Source: Vagococcus sp. (GTDB lineage: Bacteria > Bacillota > Bacilli > Lactobacillales > Vagococcaceae). From it: a stretch of 64,000 bases of DNA. The notes below the pieces were generated by a model. That model made no database searches. It was not told the origin of the DNA and saw only the letters and a list, made by a program, of their open reading frames with translations. The first letter of the stretch is position 1. Every line of letters begins with the position of its first letter. Shown piece by piece: positions 18,331 to 28,897 of the stretch. A program made the position numbers and the translations under genes. Location of the stretch: assembly GCF_036639995.1 (NCBI RefSeq), contig NZ_JAVWHO010000004.1, positions 4,045 to 68,044 on the forward strand. Reading direction: 5' to 3'.

Positions 18331-19339
18331 AAATATGAAAGATATAAATAAGACTCAATGCAAGAATGATTTGTAGTACTCCAACAGCTAATGCGTATAC
18401 TAAGAAGCGAATACCTTCTTTAAAGAATTTCGCAAAGTTTAATCTTAACCCAATGGCAGCAAGAGCTGTAATTTCAAACCATCCACTAATAAAGTGAGCA
18501 CTCTCACCAATTATTTTAGGTAGAGGAATAAAGCTATTGACTGTACAGAAAAATAAAAAGCCAATAATGTACCAAGGAAGCGGTAATTTCTTTTCTTTTT
18601 TTGCTAGGACAGGTGAATCCGTCATAGCTGCTGCACGGTCTTTTTCGGTAAATTTCGAAAAACAAAAGACGACAACAACAAGTAGGATGATTCGCATAAT
18701 TTTGAACAGTGTTGAAAATTCAACAACTTCTTTACTAATCATGCTGGCACTAGCGACAACTTGTCCAACAGATTGAAGTGTTCCACCGATGAGGGCACTT
18801 TGAGTTAGTACATCTGAATAAAGATGTGTTGCAATAAATGGTAAAGTGAGCATTAAGACAGTCCCTAAAAGGTTAACGAGTGTAATAATTTGTCCTTTTT
18901 CTTCATCATTTGCATCAATTTCAGGCGCAATCGCTCCAATCGCTGAAGAGCCACAAACGGCATTTCCACCAGCCATAAGTAAAGACATTTTTTTTGAAAA
19001 TTTCATTTTTTTACCAATAAGATAAACGCCAACAATTGTTCCAGTCATCTGGAGAATGATAAAACCAATACCGTTAAACCCCATTTTAGCAATTGTTTGG
19101 AAAGTAACTGTCATTCCAAGAAGAACAATAGATAGTTCAAGGAGTAAACTCTCAGCAAGTTTTGTTCCAATGTTTAGTAATGGTTGTTTAAAAAAAGTGT
19201 TTCCTAATAAAATACCAAGTAAAATAGCAATAGTAGCTGCACCAATAGCAGGTACCCAAATAGCAATTATTTTACTTGCTCCAGCAACTAGAAAAGATAA
19301 GCCTAGTCCTGGTAAATACGATCTAGCATTTTCAATCAT
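18329..19339 (-). CDS. YeiH-family (UPF0324) putative sulfate exporter
   Basis: [14 protein letters not shown] and SVGQVVA..KIMR motifs; about 10 TMs; divergent from a LysR. Confidence 0.9.
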   Translation of the reverse strand: MIENARSYLPGLGLSFLVAGASKIIAIWVPAIGAATIAILLGILLGNTFFKQPLLNIGTKLAESLLLELSIVLLGMTVTFQTIAKMGFNGIGFIILQMTGTIVGVYLIGKKMKFSKKMSLLMAGGNAVCGSSAIGAIAPEIDANDEEKGQIITLVNLLGTVLMLTLPFIATHLYSDVLTQSALIGGTLQSVGQVVASASMISKEVVEFSTLFKIMRIILLVVVVFCFSKFTEKDRAAAMTDSPVLAKKEKKLPLPWYIIGFLFFCTVNSFIPLPKIIGESAHFISGWFEITALAAIGLRLNFAKFFKEGIRFLVYALAVGVLQIILALSLIYIFHI

Positions 19340-19452
19340 TTATTTCTCACAATCCCTTTTTAATTAATAATAAAATTATATCCTTTATTTTTACATTTGA
19401 GAAATATATAGTTAATATATTAATTATAAAATAAATAAATAGTAGGTGACCC

Positions 19453-20274
19453 ATGTTTAAATTACTAACCACATTTAGAGTAGCATATGAAACAAGAAAT
19501 TTTTCAAAAACGGCAGAAATTTTATTCATTTCTCAACCTGCAGTTTCTAATCAAATTAAACAACTTGAAGAAGAACTGGAGTGTACCTTGTTTAAAAGAA
19601 AGGGCAAACAAGAAATGCACCCAACTAAATCTGCTGAAACATTGTACGCACGTTTGCTCAATTTAACAGATGATTGGCGAGAAACAGCTCGCTTAGTCAA
19701 AGAAAGTAGCAAGGAAAAATTACATTGTCGAATCAGTGCTTCAAATACTTTTTCAGTTTATTATTTACCAGAACTGATGAAACATTTGATTGCTATTTTT
19801 CCAGAAGTGATGTTTGAGCTTGAAATGGGAAATTCAGAGGAAGTTTTAGAAAAAATAAAGAAACATTCTGTTGATTTTGGTTTCATTGAAAAACCATTAA
19901 TGACTGATGGGGTTAATAGAGTTGAAATTGAACAAGATGAGCTTGTGATTGCTGGTGATTTAACTAGTGATTTATGGTTAAGTCGAGAGGAGACTTCAGG
20001 TGTTTATCATTATATGGAGCGTTACTTTCTGAAAGAAAATCTTAATCCTAAACGATTGTATGTTAAAAATAATGAAATGATTGTTAAAATGCTAGAGGAG
20101 GGATTGGGTAAAAGTCTAATCTCTAAACGAGCTGTAACAGTGAATATGACAATAGAGCGACTAGACAAAGCTTATTTGCGATCGTTTTTCTTACTCCAGA
20201 CAAATCATTTTGTAACAGGTGAGCTACTAGAAATTGGTAAAGAAATTGAGAATTTTTATTCTCAGAAAAAATAA
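19453..20274 (+). CDS. LysR-family regulator (YeiE/CysL-like)
   Basis: NFSKTAEILFISQPAVSNQIKQLEEEL HTH; NSEEV..DFGFIE; divergent from yeiH. Confidence 0.92.
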   Translation: MFKLLTTFRVAYETRNFSKTAEILFISQPAVSNQIKQLEEELECTLFKRKGKQEMHPTKSAETLYARLLNLTDDWRETARLVKESSKEKLHCRISASNTFSVYYLPELMKHLIAIFPEVMFELEMGNSEEVLEKIKKHSVDFGFIEKPLMTDGVNRVEIEQDELVIAGDLTSDLWLSREETSGVYHYMERYFLKENLNPKRLYVKNNEMIVKMLEEGLGKSLISKRAVTVNMTIERLDKAYLRSFFLLQTNHFVTGELLEIGKEIENFYSQKK

Positions 20275-20287
20275 AGGAGTCATGAAT

Positions 20288-20641
20288 ATGTTAAATGTTG
20301 AATTAAGTCGTTTTAAAGTAAAAGAAGGAAAAAGTCTCATAGTTGATGAATGGCTTGCTTTTTTAAATGACAACATGGCTGAGACACTACTTACGTTGGA
20401 AAATGAAAAAATGTATGTTGAAACAATTTTTAGAGAAGTTTTTGAAGGAGTAGAGTATTTATATTGGTATTCTATTCAAGGTGAAGGCACTCAAAAAGTA
20501 GAAGAATCAGAGCATTGGATTGATAAAAAACACTTAGAATATTGGAAAGAATGTATAGATACTTCGTTTAGACCAATAGATTTAACTCCTGAAGTGATAA
20601 TGATTCCGACCAACATAAAGAAAAATATGATATCTCTATAA
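20288..20641 (+). CDS. DUF6176-family protein; start revised to ATG 20288
   Basis: ELSRFKVKEGKS..EWLAFLN..TLENEKMYVETIF..YLYWYS pattern; AAGGAG SD 8 nt upstream. Confidence 0.7.
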   Translation: MLNVELSRFKVKEGKSLIVDEWLAFLNDNMAETLLTLENEKMYVETIFREVFEGVEYLYWYSIQGEGTQKVEESEHWIDKKHLEYWKECIDTSFRPIDLTPEVIMIPTNIKKNMISL

Positions 20642-20653
20642 GGAGTGATTAAT

Positions 20654-21037
20654 ATGAAGGTTCGTTTTGGAGGGACTAGAAAAGAGCAAGATGAATTAGC
20701 TGAGTTAGTTTTAAACTATGAAAAAGTGGCTACATCCTCTTTGGTAGATATTCAGTTAGAAAGTGAGCTAACTAAAATTGGTGATATCTGGCAAATTTAT
20801 AATGGTAGTGATGAATTTGTTTGTGAGGTGAAAGTTATTTCTGTTGTTATTAAAGAGTTTGCTCAAATTGATGAGGAGTTTGCTATTAAAGAAGGGGATG
20901 GCTCTTTAAGTAATTGGTTAACTATTCATGAGGCTTATTATTCATCTCAATTACAAGAATCAGGAAAAATTTTATCAAAAGATACGAGATTAGAGTGTGT
21001 TTATTTTAAACTCCTGAGACAAGTACCAGAAAAATAA
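20654..21037 (+). CDS. ASCH domain protein
   Basis: FGG..QDELAELVL..KVATSS and FAIKEGDGSL..W..IH..YY motifs. Confidence 0.85.
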   Translation: MKVRFGGTRKEQDELAELVLNYEKVATSSLVDIQLESELTKIGDIWQIYNGSDEFVCEVKVISVVIKEFAQIDEEFAIKEGDGSLSNWLTIHEAYYSSQLQESGKILSKDTRLECVYFKLLRQVPEK

Positions 21038-21068
21038 AACGTCTATTCCATTTTGGAATAGACGTTTT
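21036..21068. repeat. 33-bp hairpin/terminator, copy 1 of a dispersed repeat
   Basis: AAAACGTCTATTCCA-ttt-TGGAATAGACGTTTT; 30/33 identical to the reverse complement of 62648-62680. Confidence 0.75.
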
Positions 21069-21139
21069 GTTTTTTTATAGATATTAACATTTGAAAACAA
21101 AGGCTTTTCGATATTTTAAAAGTTATTTTTGACGAAAAA

Positions 21140-21685
21140 TTATTTGTATTCAGCCCGAGCGCCACCAATTAATTTTGGTCGATGACCTAAAGCTGTTACA
21201 TGAGCGTTACCTAACGTTTTGATAGACGGACGAATTGGGACTTGAACGTGTCGAACATGCATTCCGATTGAAGTATCTCCAATATCAATTCCTCCATCGG
21301 CAATAATATATTCCACAACAACTGGGTCTTTCATTAATTGATAGGCGGCAGTTGCTGTTGCTCCTCCTGCATGGAATTTAGGAACAACAGAAACACGTGA
21401 TAAACCGTGTGTTTTAGCAAGACTTCTTTCCACTGTAAGTGCTCGGTTTATATGCTCACATCCTTGAAAGACAAGGTTAATTTCTTTTTCTTTAAAAAAG
21501 TCTATCAAGGTTTCAGCTACTATTTTTCCGACTTCTTCATTGGAGTTTTTCCCAATAATACCGCCGACAATTTCGCTTGAGCTACAGCCTACGACAAAAA
21601 TATCGTCTTTTTCTATGGAAGATTTCTCTAGAATATCTTCGACAATTATGAGCAATTCTTTTTTCAATTTTTCTAAATCTAACAT
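21140..21685 (-). CDS. TIGR01440/UPF0340 family protein (YwlG-like); start revised to ATG 21685
   Basis: FVVGCSSSEIVG, QGCEHINRAL, HAGGA, DIGDTSIGMH, RPKLIGGARA; AAGGAGG SD. Confidence 0.92.
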   Translation of the reverse strand: MLDLEKLKKELLIIVEDILEKSSIEKDDIFVVGCSSSEIVGGIIGKNSNEEVGKIVAETLIDFFKEKEINLVFQGCEHINRALTVERSLAKTHGLSRVSVVPKFHAGGATATAAYQLMKDPVVVEYIIADGGIDIGDTSIGMHVRHVQVPIRPSIKTLGNAHVTALGHRPKLIGGARAEYK

Positions 21686-21808
21686 ATTAGCACGAACCTC
21701 CTTATGTATTGACAATATTATATCACACGTTTTTTTAAAAGTGTAAAAACCACACTTGATGATTAAAATTGTGTACAATAGAAGTAACAATAAAGGAGGA
21801 GAAAGCAA

Positions 21809-22750
21809 TTGCAAAGAAAAAAATTATTGGTTTTAGTTCCAATCATTGATGAAGATTTTGTGTTATTAAAAGAATTAGCTAATGAGTATGATGTGATAAA
21901 AAAAGCAGATTTTAATGGGTGTGTTGAAGATGTTGAGATTGTGTATGGTTGGGATAGTGAACTTAATTTGAAATTAGTTACTTCTCCGTCTAATAAAATT
22001 AAATGGATTCAAGCGCAATCGGCCGGGATTGATCATATTGATACAACTGTTTTAAAAGAGCAGGGAATTCTTTTATCAAACGGCAGTGGAGTTCACGGTA
22101 ATCAAATGAGTGAATCTGTGTTAGGAATGTTATTTGCTTACACAAGAGGGATTAAATCGGCTGTTCTAAATCAAGAAAAGGCTACTTGGGCGATTCCTGA
22201 TAAACAAACAGATTTAGTTGGTAAAAAAGTAATGATTTTAGGTACTGGTCACATTGGTGCTCGTTTGGCTGAGGTTTTGAAAGTGTTTCAAACTTATTTA
22301 GTTGGTGTTAATCGAAGTGGTAAACCTGTTGCTAATTTTGATAAAATGATTCAACAAGATCAGTTAGATACAGTTTTATCAGAGATGGATATTGTTATTA
22401 ATTTATTACCGGACACAACAGTAACACATCATTTTTTTACAGAAGAGCTGTTTAGTGTTATGAAAAAAGGGGTTATTTTTATTAATGTCGGCCGTGGTGG
22501 CACAGTTAAAACTGATGATTTAGTTATTGCGTGCCAAAATGGAACAATAGGATTTGCAGGTCTAGATGTTTTTGAGGAAGAGCCACTTCCAAAAGAAAGT
22601 CCTTTATGGCAGTTAGATAATTGCTTGATAACACCGCATTCTTCTGGAATGACAGATAAATATTTTGAGCGACTTTTCCCAATTTTTAAAACAAATCTTG
22701 AAGTTTTCTTACAGACTGGAAAAATTTCAGAGAATGAAATAACATTATAG
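21809..22750 (+). CDS. D-2-hydroxyacid dehydrogenase (phosphoglycerate dehydrogenase-like)
   Basis: GTGHIG nucleotide binding, NVGRG, LDVFEEEPLP, TPHSSG. Confidence 0.9.
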   Translation: MQRKKLLVLVPIIDEDFVLLKELANEYDVIKKADFNGCVEDVEIVYGWDSELNLKLVTSPSNKIKWIQAQSAGIDHIDTTVLKEQGILLSNGSGVHGNQMSESVLGMLFAYTRGIKSAVLNQEKATWAIPDKQTDLVGKKVMILGTGHIGARLAEVLKVFQTYLVGVNRSGKPVANFDKMIQQDQLDTVLSEMDIVINLLPDTTVTHHFFTEELFSVMKKGVIFINVGRGGTVKTDDLVIACQNGTIGFAGLDVFEEEPLPKESPLWQLDNCLITPHSSGMTDKYFERLFPIFKTNLEVFLQTGKISENEITL

Positions 22751-22763
22751 AAAATAGTTAGAA

Positions 22764-22795
22764 AAAAGAGGTCAACTTTTTAGTTGGCCTCTTTT
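22764..22795. terminator. Bidirectional terminator
   Basis: AAAAGAGGTCAACT-tttt-AGTTGGCCTCTTTT. Confidence 0.75.
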
Positions 22796-22798
22796 GTT

Positions 22799-23827
22799 TT
22801 AATTAAATGTGATACAAACAATTTCTGGCGCATAAAAATCCTTTTGTAAAAGAGTTAGTTTACCAGATATATCATCTCTTTCAAATAGGGTTAAATTATC
22901 TGTGTTTTGATTTGCAACACAAACAAATTGCTGGTCTGGTGTGATATCGAAGTCTCTTGGAAAATCGCCTTCAACGGAGATATGTTGAATAAGTGAAAGG
23001 GTTAATCCGTCCTCAGATACGTTATAAACGACAAGTGAGTTATGACCGCGATTTGATGCGTATAAAAATTTTCCGTCTTTTGAGATACGAATCGCAGCAC
23101 CACCATTAAATTCTGAATAAGAATCAGGTAATGTTGAAATAACTTGCTGTTGAGTAAACGCACCAGTTTCAGGAGAATAGCTTAATACAATTACTTCACT
23201 AGATAATTCACCAAACAGATAGGCAACTTGATTGTTTGGATGAAATACCATATGGCGAGGACCTACTCCTGGTTCTGCGCTAAATTGAGCAACTTCTGTT
23301 AATTTACCTTCTGTTGATACATCATAAGTATAGACGGTGTCATTTCCTAAATCACAAGCAACAAGTCGATTATCTGGTGTTAAATCAGAATAATGTGCGT
23401 GAGGGCTTGTTTGATTTTCGTGTGGTCCGCTGCCTTTGTGCTCGATACGATCAGAAAGACTAAGTGAGCCATCTGATTTTATTTGATAAGAAGTGATAAC
23501 TCCTTTATGATAATTTGCTCCGTAAACAAGTTGTCTTTCTTCATCTACGGCAACGTAACAAGGAGGAGCTCCTTCTTCAGTAATCCGGTTTAAGAAAGTA
23601 AAGCGGCCATCTGTTTCTTTTTTGTAGCTAGCAACACCACCTAAAGAGCCATCTTTAGAAACAGAATAAATCACGTGTTGGTTTGATTTATCTAAAAATG
23701 TTGGATTGTCTTCTTCAATAATTGAAATAAGATGAGTAAGTTCTTTTTTTTCAGTATCTAATTCAACTGAGTAAATTCCTTTACTATCTCTTTTAGTATA
23801 AGAGCCAAGAATAATTTTTTGTAACAT
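22799..23827 (-). CDS. pgl: 6-phosphogluconolactonase (lactonase beta-propeller)
   Basis: GSYT, ANYHKG, HAH, CDLG, GPRH, SNRGHNS, FPRDF motifs. Confidence 0.93.
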   Translation of the reverse strand: MLQKIILGSYTKRDSKGIYSVELDTEKKELTHLISIIEEDNPTFLDKSNQHVIYSVSKDGSLGGVASYKKETDGRFTFLNRITEEGAPPCYVAVDEERQLVYGANYHKGVITSYQIKSDGSLSLSDRIEHKGSGPHENQTSPHAHYSDLTPDNRLVACDLGNDTVYTYDVSTEGKLTEVAQFSAEPGVGPRHMVFHPNNQVAYLFGELSSEVIVLSYSPETGAFTQQQVISTLPDSYSEFNGGAAIRISKDGKFLYASNRGHNSLVVYNVSEDGLTLSLIQHISVEGDFPRDFDITPDQQFVCVANQNTDNLTLFERDDISGKLTLLQKDFYAPEIVCITFN

Positions 23828-23983
23828 GTAAGCACCCTTTCCTTTGTGTTAAAACAAATTATAGCATATTAAAAAATAATAGAAAAAGTTTCGCATTCTT
23901 ATTTTGAAAGTTTTTATGAAAGTCTTAGCGTGAGGTATGATATACTTATTTATATTGTAAAAATATTAAATGAGGTGTAAGTA

Positions 23984-24337
23984 ATGATGCAATCAATCGT
24001 GATGTCAATTGGAGAAGAAGCTATAAATAGTCAGGAACCTTTGTTAATTCTTTTTAATGAAACAGCCACAGAAGAATTGAGAAAATTTTCAATCATTCAA
24101 CGTTTTAAAACAAAAGAATTGAAAGAAATAAGTGTTGGTGATTATGTTTCATTTGATGAACAAAAATATAAGGTAACTAAAGTGGGACCACTGGCTAACA
24201 AAAATTTAGAAGAGATGGGACATGTATCCATGGTATTTAAGGAAGTAGATAAAGAACACTCTTTAGACAATGCTCTTTATTTGGAACCGCATGTGTTACC
24301 TAACATTACAGAGGAAACGATTGTTACCTATCACTAG
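23984..24337 (+). CDS. Orphan PTS glucitol/sorbitol-type IIA-like protein
   Basis: LILF.E.A..EL...SII.., KVG..ANKNLEEMGH resemble SrlB; no IIB/IIC genes nearby. Confidence 0.8.
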   Translation: MMQSIVMSIGEEAINSQEPLLILFNETATEELRKFSIIQRFKTKELKEISVGDYVSFDEQKYKVTKVGPLANKNLEEMGHVSMVFKEVDKEHSLDNALYLEPHVLPNITEETIVTYH

Positions 24338-24348
24338 GAGGTATTAAT

Positions 24349-25533
24349 ATGCAACTTGATAACCCCAAAAAAGATCGGCGAAGTTGGTTTAATCGCTGGT
24401 TTTTAAACAATCAATTTGTGACAGTTTTATTAATTATTTTATTGTGTTTATTAATTGTTTTACTTTTTACGAAAGTATCACATCTTTTTGAACCAGTAGC
24501 TCAATTTATCGGAATTGTTGGTTTACCAATTGTTATTTCAGGATTACTCTATTATATATTAAATCCAATTGTGAATTTCATGGAAAAAAAAGGTGTAAAA
24601 CGAAATTTAGGTATCACAATACTTTTTGTTGTTATACTTGGGCTTTTAACATGGGGAATTGTGATTTTAATTCCGAAGATTCAAAATCAAACAAAGAGTT
24701 TCTTTAATGAGTGGCCAACTTATTGGCACATTATAGAAAGCAAAACGTCTGAATTTTTCAATACACCAATTTTTGAAAAGTTTAGTGGACCGATTGAAGA
24801 CTCTTTAAATGAGTTTTTCACATCAATTAATACACTAGCGAAAACTGTTTCTAAAAATGCCTTTATGGGAATAGGGAGTGTCGTTGGAGCGGTGGCTAAT
24901 ATAGTTGTAACTGTTGTAACAGTCCCTTTTATTCTTTTCTATTTGTTAAAGGATGGTAAAAAATTAGCACCATATATGACACAATTTTTACCAACAAAGA
25001 TTAGAAAAACAACAGTGAATGTACTAGTTGATATTAATAAACAATTGTCTTCTTATGTTAGAGGTCAAGTGACTGTTGCTGTTGCAGTAGCGATTATGTT
25101 TATTATTGGTTTTTCAGCAATTGGTCTTAATTATAGTGTGACTCTAGGTATCTTAGCGGGATTTCTTAATTTGATTCCGTATGTGGGTTCTGCACTTGCC
25201 ACGATTCCTGCGATTATTTTGGCCTTAGTTGATGGACCTAAAATGTTAATTGCTGTGATTATTGTGTTTGTTGTTGAACAAACAATCGAAGGAAAATTTG
25301 TTTCACCACTTGTTTTAGGAAGCCAGTTAGAAATTCATCCAATTACGATTATTTTCGTGTTACTTTCTGCTGGTAAGATATTTGGTGTGATGGGCGTAAT
25401 TTTAGGAATTCCTTTTTATGCCACAATAAAAGTTATTGCTACTCATTTATTTACTTGGTATAAGGAAGTTTCGGGTCTTTATGAAGAAGACGTGGCTGAG
25501 GATAATAAAGAAGAAAAAAAGGTTGAGGCATAA
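24349..25533 (+). CDS. AI-2E family transporter
   Basis: YVRGQ, LNLIPYVG, QTIEGKFVSPLVLG..LEIHP, GVILGIP motifs. Confidence 0.92.
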   Translation: MQLDNPKKDRRSWFNRWFLNNQFVTVLLIILLCLLIVLLFTKVSHLFEPVAQFIGIVGLPIVISGLLYYILNPIVNFMEKKGVKRNLGITILFVVILGLLTWGIVILIPKIQNQTKSFFNEWPTYWHIIESKTSEFFNTPIFEKFSGPIEDSLNEFFTSINTLAKTVSKNAFMGIGSVVGAVANIVVTVVTVPFILFYLLKDGKKLAPYMTQFLPTKIRKTTVNVLVDINKQLSSYVRGQVTVAVAVAIMFIIGFSAIGLNYSVTLGILAGFLNLIPYVGSALATIPAIILALVDGPKMLIAVIIVFVVEQTIEGKFVSPLVLGSQLEIHPITIIFVLLSAGKIFGVMGVILGIPFYATIKVIATHLFTWYKEVSGLYEEDVAEDNKEEKKVEA

Positions 25534-25552
25534 TGCTCTCAACCTTCTTTTT

Positions 25553-26164
25553 TTAAAATGTATGAGCTAAGTTAGTAGCTTTTTCTTTTGCTAAGCCAAT
25601 GATTTCTTCAGCTTTTTCTGGGTGATGATCCACTGCTTCAACAAAAATTTGTTGAATTTCTTTAACTCCCATGAAATTAAAAATAGTTTTAATATATTGA
25701 GCAGATGGGTCACTACCGCCGTATTCGCCACCATTTGATTGGATGTGTAATAATTTTTTACCAGGTACTAAGCCAACGGGACCATTTTCTGTGTATTTAA
25801 ATGTTTTACCATTTACAACAACGGTATCAATCCATGCTTTTAATTTACTTGGAATACCTAGATTCCAAAGGGCGTTAGCAATGACGATTTTATCTGCATT
25901 TAAAAATTGTTCTGTTAACTCATTAAAGCGTGTTAACTTTGCAATTTGTTCTGGTGATAGTTCTTTTTGTGAAGCTGCGTCTCCCCAAGCTTCAAAAAGA
26001 GCCTTATCTATTTCTGGAATTTCTTCTTCGAATATATCAACAACAATAATAACATCTGTTGGTTGTTTTTCCTTGTAAGAATCAACAAATGCCTCTAAAA
26101 CTGTTAGTGAACGAGATTCATTTGCTGTTAGTGGGTGTGCCTTAATAACTAAAACGTTTGCCAT
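25553..26164 (-). CDS. azoR: FMN-dependent NADH-azoreductase
   Basis: LVIKAHP, LWNLGIPSKLKAWID, TFKYTENGPVGL, SNGGEY. Confidence 0.92.
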   Translation of the reverse strand: MANVLVIKAHPLTANESRSLTVLEAFVDSYKEKQPTDVIIVVDIFEEEIPEIDKALFEAWGDAASQKELSPEQIAKLTRFNELTEQFLNADKIVIANALWNLGIPSKLKAWIDTVVVNGKTFKYTENGPVGLVPGKKLLHIQSNGGEYGGSDPSAQYIKTIFNFMGVKEIQQIFVEAVDHHPEKAEEIIGLAKEKATNLAHTF

Positions 26165-26353
26165 GATGTTCCTCCTACTTATTATAAATTAGTACATCCA
26201 CACTATAACGATTCACAAATTAAAAGTAAAGTAAAATCAGTTAATTAGTTAAATAATTTTCTACTGTTTTTTAATCTTTTTATTCTTAGATAATGCTTTT
26301 TTTGGAAAATTAAAGTATACTATCAGAGGATAAACAAGGGGGAGTTGTAAAAA

Positions 26354-26926
26354 ATGGCACAATTATTTTTCAAACATGGTGCAATGAACAGTGGAAAAAC
26401 AATCGAAATTTTGAAAGTCGCCCATAATTACGAAGAACAGAACAAGCCCGTTGTTTTAATGACAAGTGGTTTAGATACAAGAGATGAAGTTGGTACTATT
26501 TCTAGTCGAATTGGCTTAAAACGAGAAGCAATCCCAATTTTTCATGAAACGGATATTTATGCTAAAATAGAGTCACTATCATTTAAACCATACTGTATTC
26601 TAGTAGATGAATCCCAATTTTTAGAAAAACATCATGTCATTGCTTTTGCTAAAATTGTTGATGAATTAGGGATTCCTGTTATGGCATTCGGGTTAAAAAA
26701 TGATTTTAAAAACGAATTATTTGAAGGCTCAAAGTATTTATTACTTTATGCAGATAAGGTAGAAGAGTTAAAAACAATTTGTTGGTTTTGTCATAAAAAA
26801 GCAACGATGAATCTTAGAATGAGCGACAATAAACCTGTTTATACAGGAGAACAAATTCAAATAGGTGGAAATGAATCCTATTATCCAGTTTGTCGTAAAC
26901 ATTATTTAAACCCACCAAAACAATAA
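26354..26926 (+). CDS. tdk: Thymidine kinase
   Basis: [21 protein letters not shown], zinc-binding CWFC...VCRKH. Confidence 0.98.
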   Translation: MAQLFFKHGAMNSGKTIEILKVAHNYEEQNKPVVLMTSGLDTRDEVGTISSRIGLKREAIPIFHETDIYAKIESLSFKPYCILVDESQFLEKHHVIAFAKIVDELGIPVMAFGLKNDFKNELFEGSKYLLLYADKVEELKTICWFCHKKATMNLRMSDNKPVYTGEQIQIGGNESYYPVCRKHYLNPPKQ

Positions 26927-26977
26927 TTAATAGATAAAGAAAGCAACTATTGAGGATATAAAGAAAGGAAGAAGTAA

Positions 26978-28048
26978 ATGTTTGATCAATTACAATCTCT
27001 TGAAGATCGTTATGAAGAACTTGGAGAGTTATTAAGTGACCCAGATGTAGTGAGTGATACGAAGCGTTTTATGGAATTATCTAAAGAAGAGGCAAGTACA
27101 AGAGAAACAGTAGAAGTTTACCGCAGATATAAAGAAGTAGTACAAGGTATTGCTGACTCTGAGGAATTACTTTCCGAAAAATTAGATGATGAGTTACAAG
27201 AATTAGCTAAAGAAGAATTATCTGAATTTAAAGCTGAAAAAGAAGAAATTGAAGAACGCATTAAAATTTTATTATTACCTAAAGACCCTAATGATGATAA
27301 AAATATTATCATGGAAATTCGCGGAGCTGCTGGTGGAGATGAAGCGGCATTGTTTGCAGGGGATTTATTTGAAATGTATCAAAGTTACGCACAAGCTCAA
27401 GGTTGGAAGTTTGAAGTTATGGATGCTAATATTACTGATATTGGTGGCTATAAAGAAGTAACTATCATGATTACTGGTGAGAGTGTCTTCTCTAAATTAA
27501 AATATGAAAGTGGCGCACACCGTGTTCAACGTGTTCCTTCAACAGAATCTCAAGGGCGTGTTCATACATCAACGGCTACAGTAGTTGTTTTACCTGAAGC
27601 AGAAGAGGTAGAATTAGACTTAGCAGATAAAGATATCCGTATTGATATCTATCATGCTAGTGGAGCTGGTGGACAGCATGTTAATAAAACTGCCTCTGCT
27701 GTACGTTTAACTCATATCCCAACAGGAATTGCTGTTGCAATGCAGGATGAACGTTCTCAATTAAAAAATAGAGAAAAAGCCATGAAAGTTTTAAGAGCTC
27801 GTGTATTTGACCAAATGTTACAAGAAAGCCAAAGCGAATATGATGCAAACCGTAAATCAGCGGTTGGAACGGGTGATAGATCAGAGCGTATCAGAACGTA
27901 CAATTTCCCACAAAACCGTGTGACAGATCACCGAATTGGATTAACTATTCAAAAGTTAGACCAAATTTTAGCAGGTAAAGTAGATGAAATTATCGATGCA
28001 TTAATTATTTATGATCAAACAGAACAGTTGGAAAAATTAAATGGTTAA
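26978..28048 (+). CDS. prfA: Peptide chain release factor 1
   Basis: [35 protein letters not shown]. Confidence 0.99.
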   Translation: MFDQLQSLEDRYEELGELLSDPDVVSDTKRFMELSKEEASTRETVEVYRRYKEVVQGIADSEELLSEKLDDELQELAKEELSEFKAEKEEIEERIKILLLPKDPNDDKNIIMEIRGAAGGDEAALFAGDLFEMYQSYAQAQGWKFEVMDANITDIGGYKEVTIMITGESVFSKLKYESGAHRVQRVPSTESQGRVHTSTATVVVLPEAEEVELDLADKDIRIDIYHASGAGGQHVNKTASAVRLTHIPTGIAVAMQDERSQLKNREKAMKVLRARVFDQMLQESQSEYDANRKSAVGTGDRSERIRTYNFPQNRVTDHRIGLTIQKLDQILAGKVDEIIDALIIYDQTEQLEKLNG

Positions 28049-28883
28049 TAGTAATACTTATTTTGAAGTCCTTAAATGGGCTTCTTCTTTTTTAGAGAAA
28101 AATAATATTGAAACTTATGTGGCAGAATATTTACTTTTAGAGAAAAAACAATGGACTAAAACTGAGCTTCTACTTCATTTTAAAGAAGAAATGCCCAAAG
28201 AAGAACAATATCAGTTTAAGATAGATTTAGAAAAAATTAGTCATCATATTCCAGTTCAATACATTATTGGCTCGTGTGAATTTTACGGCAGACGTTTTTT
28301 AGTGAATGAGCAAACGCTTATTCCAAGACCTGAAACAGAAGAATTAGTGGATTTGATTTTAAAAGAAAACTCTGACTCAGAAAAAAAAGTAGTTGATATT
28401 GGTACTGGAACGGGAATTATTGCCATTTCTTTAAAAGCTGACAAACCTAACTGGCAAGTTACAGGGCTAGATATTTCTAAAGAGGCGCTTGAAGTCGCAA
28501 AAGCTAATAGTAAAGAACTGAATGTGTCCGTTTCTTTTTTAGAAAGTGATATATTATCAGGGCTAGATAGCTTAGAAAAAATTGATATTCTTGTTTCAAA
28601 TCCACCGTATATTAGTTATGATGAGTGGGAAGAGATGGATGTTTCAGTTCGTGAATTTGAGCCTAAGCAAGCACTTTTTGCAGAAGACGAGGGACTTGCT
28701 ATTTATAAAAAAATTGCCAATGAAGCCAGAGAACACTTGTCTGAAACAGGTAAAATTTATTTGGAAATTGGTTATTTACAAGGCAATGCAGTATCGACTA
28801 TTTTTCAAAAATCTTTCCCTAACAAGGAAATAAGCGTTGTGAAAGATATGAATGGACAAGATAGAATAATAAAAGTGATATAA
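28041..28883 (+). CDS. prmC: Release factor glutamine methyltransferase
   Basis: [22 protein letters not shown]. Confidence 0.97.
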   Translation: MVNSNTYFEVLKWASSFLEKNNIETYVAEYLLLEKKQWTKTELLLHFKEEMPKEEQYQFKIDLEKISHHIPVQYIIGSCEFYGRRFLVNEQTLIPRPETEELVDLILKENSDSEKKVVDIGTGTGIIAISLKADKPNWQVTGLDISKEALEVAKANSKELNVSVSFLESDILSGLDSLEKIDILVSNPPYISYDEWEEMDVSVREFEPKQALFAEDEGLAIYKKIANEAREHLSETGKIYLEIGYLQGNAVSTIFQKSFPNKEISVVKDMNGQDRIIKVI

Positions 28884-28897
28884 AGGAAGTGCAATAG

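Noticed and set aside
21686-21814. 43-aa N-terminal extension of the TIGR01440 ORF
   Set aside because: Covers the divergent promoter region and overlaps the opposite gene; the SD supports ATG 21685.
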